A stretch of 64,000 nucleotides of DNA from Mytilus trossulus (taxonomy: Eukaryota): contig NC_086386.1 in the NCBI RefSeq assembly GCF_036588685.1, forward strand, positions 52,204,001-52,268,000, read 5' to 3'. A model generated the notes under the pieces. It saw only the letters and a list, made by a program, of their open reading frames with translations. It was not told the origin of the DNA and made no database searches. The position numbers and the translations under genes were made by a program. Of this stretch, positions 57,976 through 64,000 are shown piece by piece; positions within the stretch are counted from its first letter, which is position 1, and every line of letters starts with the position of its first letter.

Positions 57976-60142
57976 GTATGTAATAAGTTATGTTCATTTT
58001 GTATCACCTGAAAATTATTTCGATCGAATTGAATTTGGTAAATCAGGAACACTGAGAATGTGCAAGATTAGTCGGTAAAATATTGATTTTTTTTTTATTT
58101 CGAAATAACAAATAATTGACGTAAAACTTTATGATTCAAATTATCAGTAAATGCAGAACGTCACTTATAAGAGATCAATCTCACCTATTTTGATTTTTAG
58201 TCATACAACCTTCTTACCCATGCAAGGTTAAGTTCTGTTATGTATTTTGCAAATTATCAAAGTATTACCATCCGTGTCATTCTAGATAAAGGTCACCTGT
58301 GTTCTTCTGTTACACATCCTAGTTTCGTCTGGGTTTGCCATATGTAAAGAAAAGAAAATTATCCTACATATCACTACAGTTTTCAATTGGTAATCTTGTC
58401 AAATAAGTGATGTACCGTGATGATTATTTTGTAAAGTGTTTAACATATAATCTACCACTGTCCGAATATCAATTCAAATAAAATGATTTTGTCTATGCAT
58501 TTGCATGTTTTGGTTAAGTTTTTAAACAATTGCATTTTCTTTTTCAAACAAATTGCAATATCAAAAAGGAATACTTCAATGACACATCAACTTGACCAAA
58601 GCGTAGAAAAACAACCCGAGGCCAACACAATGTCGTCACCACATAAACATTATCTCGCACCAGGAAGCAGGTGTCATATTGCCCATTAACAATAATGGAT
58701 ACATGTACATTAACAATCGACATCACACAATATTTCGAAACATATCAATGAATCACAATGAAAAATGTGCTAGACACATGTCAGAACTTCCTGACTTTGG
58801 ACAAGGCATATATAGGGAGGAGGTTAATGATGTGAGATCTTAATCCTCTACTATACCTCGGTATTTTGTGTATGAGTACACACACATTTTTTTCTACAAC
58901 TGTGTCTATGAGTCTACTCTCGAAAAAAAACCAATCATCTATCATGTCTATTTCCAACAAATTTTAAATTCATCGATATAACTTATCATTACTTTCTTTA
59001 TACCCAATTATGTTTTTGTTTTAGTAAAGATATTTAAAATTAGTAGTATTATGAAAAAGGGAGTTTCGTTTATTCATAAATAGTAAATAAGAACCTGTCC
59101 TTATTGTAAATATTAAGATCACAAACAGAGTGAAAGCTATAACAAGAAAACAGTAAACGTTATACACGAAAGAAAAATCAAAGGGTTATTTTTTGCCATT
59201 AAAATCCATTTTTATCAGTATAATATGTTGGATTATATTAAAAATTACACGCTATTAATTTCTTGCGAAATTTGAAATTCGAAGATGTATAAGTACCGAA
59301 CTGTTGAAGAGCTATATGTCAAAATACCTAAAATAAATAGCCAAATGCATCTAAAGCCAACTTTCCCTGAGGGAGTTGAAAAAGTAAGACAGATCAACTA
59401 GATTAATTTTAATATCTGTAATCTTTTATTTGTATCCTGTTCTATTGGTTGTTTATAATTAAATCAATATGAATATGAATATGTATACTTTTAGTTAAGT
59501 TTGATAGTAACAAACAACCATATTTACTCATGAATATATCACACAATAGGTGAATACATAACTAACAGGTATTCTTACATCTTTAGTTGTTATATTATAT
59601 GCCCATACATTTTAATACTGATAATTTTGAAACTAATTTCATCAATTTAAAAAATCAAAGTTTGCATTATGTATGATGGACACACTGTACCTCTATAAAT
59701 GGATGAACATGAATTGGGACATTTCTTATTTTATTTTATACAAACTGTCGAAGAAAAACGTTTTCAAGAATGTATTTTATAATATTGCGTACACAATGTA
59801 TAATCTGCTCTTTCGGAATTTTACATAGATGTACCAAATATGTTATTAGCTATAAATAGTTATATAACGTTTGTAACGGAAGTCAATACCAGTTTAATTT
59901 ATGCTTTATACATATGTTACCAAATATTTTCATTTGTATGAAAATCATTTTATAGAACTTGTCTGTATATAAATTACAAAACATGAAACATTTGTTCGAC
60001 TATATTACATATAGAGTATTACAGTGAACAGATATGAGACAAGTTGCATTTTCATGCAAACTGTATGCTGTTTAATTTCTGCTTTCGAATTTGATCAAAT
60101 TATATTGACTCAACATTGATTTAGTTCATACGTATTTTACAG

Positions 60143-60209
60143 ATTATGAGTGTATTAAAAAGAATGAGTGGAAATCCTCATTTAACTGCAAACCAATTGC
60201 CCTTGACAT
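60143..60209 (+). CDS. Cys-rich TNFR-like protein gene, exon
   Basis: TTTTACAG acceptor, GTAAGT donor, phase 1->2. Encodes DYECIKKNEWKSSFNCKPIALD. Confidence 0.82.
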
Positions 60210-62193
60210 GTAAGTGTTTTGTCGTACTTGTGGTGCTGCACAATAATGATGAACAAGGTTCATAATCATTCTTATGTCGGACCCGCAAACTACTCTTTAC
60301 AACAAGATAAACATAGGATTACTTAGCACGGAGACAATACGGAAGTAAAGTATTACATTACAACTGGCTATCAGGGGCTTTGTTTTTGTCATGCTGTGTA
60401 TGCCAATCGTTGAAAATGTGATAGATAGTGATGCTTATTTGTTTGCATCTTATATTTTTGTTTAACTATTTGTAAGAGTTTAGTAATCAATGACTTTATG
60501 CAGATACCAAATTGTATCCGTGCTATTTAATAGTAAATTTCGAATGAGAATATAGAGTATTAGTATATGCATAGTTTTTTTTTTTATCGATAAATGCTTT
60601 TCTACTGTTGTGAAGCTCTATACTTATCCATCTTCAGTTTAAAATAAATGGTTTCTCTGGAAAGGTAACACATCATATATGTTCTTGACCTGTAAATGAG
60701 GTAGTTGTATATATGTATGGTTACTTCACGCTTTTTTATTTTTATGAATTACAGACGCATAAAAACTACCCTTTATTTTAGCTTAAAGATACATTAATTA
60801 TATATAGATTAAGTACATGAGTATATCAAACTTCCACCAATCATTAATCGATTAAGAGAGAAAAAAGTACCATTTATGACGTCAGACACTCAAGTTAATA
60901 CATGTGTTCGTAGATAGATGTTTTTGTGTTCTGCTAAATTGTCCCTTTTAAATTTGTTATGCGATGATGACTGATGTACCCATATTTTGACTATTTCATT
61001 AATTGTGACTGTTTATTTTACGCATCATGTAAATATAACGAAATTTGATGAGACTGTTATTAAAGAGAGAGTGTTAGCGCTATAAAACCAGGTTTAATCC
61101 ACCATTTTCTACATTTGAAAATGCCGGTACCAAGTCTGGAATATGACAGTTCTTGTCTATTCGTTTTTGATGCGTTCTGTTATTTGATTTTGCCATGTGA
61201 TTATGGACTTTCCGTATAGATTTCCCTCTGAGTTCAGTATTTTTGTGATTTTACTTTTTCTTACTTGGTACAGGCATTTTCTTATGAAGACATAACTACC
61301 ACATTCATGTCTTGGTACATGGCATTTCAAGAAAAATGATAAATTTAACTCTATTGCGTCTATGGCACTGTTGAAATGATATCGCTTAAATGACAACACT
61401 ACGAGCCATGAATACAGTCCAAACCCTTACAAACAATAGCACAAGACACCACATTTAGTTTCAATAATAATGTCCTAAAAATAAACATGTTATCAATTGC
61501 TATAAATAAAGGCAACAGTAGTTTACCGCTGTTCAAAACTCATAAATCCATGGACAAAAACAAAATCGGGGTAACAAACTAAAACCAAGAGAAACGCTTT
61601 AAAAATAAGAGGAGATCAACGACATAACACTTAAATGTAACACACACAGAAACGGACCGAGCATCAGACAAAATCCCACGAGAATATAAAATATAACATT
61701 TTGGGATAGACAAGAACGTGACACGTCTTATCGCAATGTGAATTTACAATCAAAAATAAGAGAAAACAAACGCACAACGTTAAAATGTAACACACACAGA
61801 AACGAACTATACTATAACAATGGCCACATTCCTGACTTGGTACATGACATTGTTAAAAGAAAAAAATGGTGGGTTGAAACAAGTGGCAAGTATATAACGA
61901 GTATATTGAATTCTAAAAAACTGTACAGAAGAGAAATACCAGGAATTGAAACTAATTGCTGTTAATACATTGCGATACAAAAATTGAAAAAAAAAACAGT
62001 TCAAAGTTTGACTTATGAAATTATTTCCTTTTATTTATGTTAACTTTACCTTTGTGATTGCAAGAAGACAAGACTTTCAAAAACAAATTCTAGAACAGTA
62101 TTGAGAATGTCTCACTCTGAACTAATAATATTAAAAAAAGATATTTAGAAACAAGTATGTTAGCGCTAAAAGTATATTTATTATTTATACTAG

Positions 62194-62255
62194 GTTGCCC
62201 GGAGTTATCAAAATATCATCGACTCTTGATCAATCTGATTGGTCTAATATACCAG
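62194..62255 (+). CDS. Cys-rich TNFR-like protein gene, putative stalk exon (gene continues)
   Basis: TAG acceptor, CAG|GTAGG donor, phase 2->1. Encodes LPGVIKISSTLDQSDWSNIP. Confidence 0.6.
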
Positions 62256-62570
62256 GTAGGTTAAAATTAACATAAATGTGTGCTTGAAAAATGCATGTTT
62301 AATTTACATCTTAGTGTTATTTTTATAATAAGGTATTACAGTCCATGTGGCATTTGATTTAGTATAATTAAAACGTAAAAGGCAAATCCGAAAGAGATCA
62401 AAAGAAAATATAATAGCAAATTTTAGTGTTTACTTTTATTATGTAAATTACTTGAAATATGTGGTTCCAGATCAGCTAAATTATCTATAGTAAAGGATCC
62501 TACAAATTAATGTTAGATACAGCCACAGAAAATAATTATATATTATTATATTTATACAATGGTGTAATTA

Positions 62571-62607
<37 letters not shown>

Positions 62608-62608
<1 letters not shown>

Positions 62609-62769
62609 GAGTCTAAATTGAAAACTACGTTCAAACCTATGACTGCGTTGGATAAAAACCGCAATTTTTATACGTGTGCATGTCAAACAAATTTCGTTGT
62701 AGAAGGGTCTAAAAACAGCACAAACAACATTTTCCAAAAGACCAAAAGAGTGAAAAAGTATATTTAAAC
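62608..62769 (-). mobile_element. (TA)n-flanked retroelement 3' fragment
   Basis: Near-identical to 3849-4010, with (TA)n on both sides. Confidence 0.65.
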
Positions 62770-63439
62770 ATATATATATAGTCCAACATGAAGAGATGTA
62801 GTAAATATATCCAATAGAAACACGAGGAAGTTAAAATAAAGTTTGAAGAAGTTTGAGTAGAACACACGTCCAAGGTTTCACATAACATGGTGTCCGATAT
62901 TCACCCTTATTGGATCGACATCGTTGTCGCAATATTGAAATGCTAAAAAAAAAGCTCTAATTTAAAACTATATTTTCTGCGGAACAAAAGTTATTGTGTT
63001 TGTTAATTACAAGTCTTGTACCCAAATACAATAATTATATTCAATAAAATCATGTGTGTTATAAAATTTAGTGAGGTTCTAGTCAATAGACTAGAAGATA
63101 CAAAAAAAACCTTCGATGCTTCAAGCGCTGGAGCCATGCTACTAATGGTTGACATGTCACCGGAGTTTTTTGACCGACAAGTAACTATTACTCTACGATA
63201 GACATATGCATATACTATTGTTGACATTTATCTTTTTTTGTACATAAACTCACAATGAACATGATAAAATATTGAATAATTTGAAAATTAAGGGGTTTTA
63301 TGCTCTCCAAACTATGATTTAAACTGTTTGAAAGGACAAAGGGTTATTGCTTACATTAGTTTTGTTATAAAGATGAAAGTTGAAATGCCAAATTGCATAG
63401 TCATAAACAGTGTTACCCGAAAAAGGTACCAGAACATAT

Positions 63440-64000
63440 ATATAAGTATAAAACGTTGTCAGGACATTAAAGATTGCATATTTTGGCTTTAATATTGATT
63501 CACTGATAGGGTCTTTGCATCGGAACTAAACACATTTATTTCTAAAAAACAGTTGTTGGCATGACACGGGTTATGTTCTTCTCATATATGGTATGATAGT
63601 ATGATACTAAACCCCTAATAGGAGGGATTGTGTCTGATATTCATATAATGAAGACATAATCTTTCAATAAGTTTAATTGAGGTCTGGAGCTGGCATGTCA
63701 GTTAACTGCTAGTAGTCTGTTGTTATTTATGTATTATTGTCATTTTTTGTTGTTGTTACATCTTTTGACATCGGACTCGGACTTCTCTTGAACTGAATTT
63801 TAATGTGCGTATTGTTATTCTTTTACTTTTCTACATTGGCTAGAGGTATAGGGGGAGAGGTGAGATCTCATAAACATGTTTAACCCCGCCGCAATTTTGC
63901 GCCTGTCCCAAGTCAGGAGCCTCTGGCCTTTGTTAGTCTTGTATGATTTTAAATTTTAGTTTCTTGTGTATAATTCGGAGTTTAGTATGACGTCCATTAT
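63440..64000 (+). repeat. PLE-derived interspersed repeat, runs off the window end
   Basis: Reverse complement of the family at 170-630/1249-1350 and 22960-23470. Confidence 0.65.

Noticed and set aside
1-64000. Remaining 60-125 aa track ORFs; tRNA, rRNA or CRISPR arrays
   Set aside because: The short ORFs are AT-rich chance frames or antisense shadows. No tRNA, rRNA or repeat-spacer pattern was seen, and the ~30-bp repeats at 4190-4300/5630-5740 are transposon subterminal repeats without unique spacers.

Overview
AT-rich eukaryotic DNA with spliceosomal introns. The repeat and gene families look bivalve, probably Mytilus-like (inference). Main feature: a (TA)n-microsatellite cluster at ~3.8-14.3 kb holding at least six stacked mobile elements. 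The largest is a ~6-kb head-to-head palindrome of a Penelope-like retroelement (PLE; RT + GIY-YIG, uninterrupted ORF in both arms) with 2991-bp arms, an 8-nt spacer, a minimal hammerhead ribozyme in the 3' UTR and an ~80-bp 3' tail on one arm only. A ~180-bp miniature of a related family at 5766-5945 has the same fold-back, one-sided-tail architecture, which points to a reproducible fold-back insertion mechanism. Two host genes can be spliced by hand: a minus-strand EGF-like single-pass receptor with a Tyr-motif tail (37169->16871) and a plus-strand Cys-rich, TNFR-like ectodomain protein (55374->62255, continuing). Also present: a decayed AcademH-type transposon (RecQ helicase + transposase), an ORF1-only poly(A) retro-insertion with a 16-bp TSD, a Helitron, several MITEs, a canonical hammerhead, PLE remnants and a ~5.9-kb-period tandem duplication. 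All coordinates were counted by eye, and no alignments or database searches were run.
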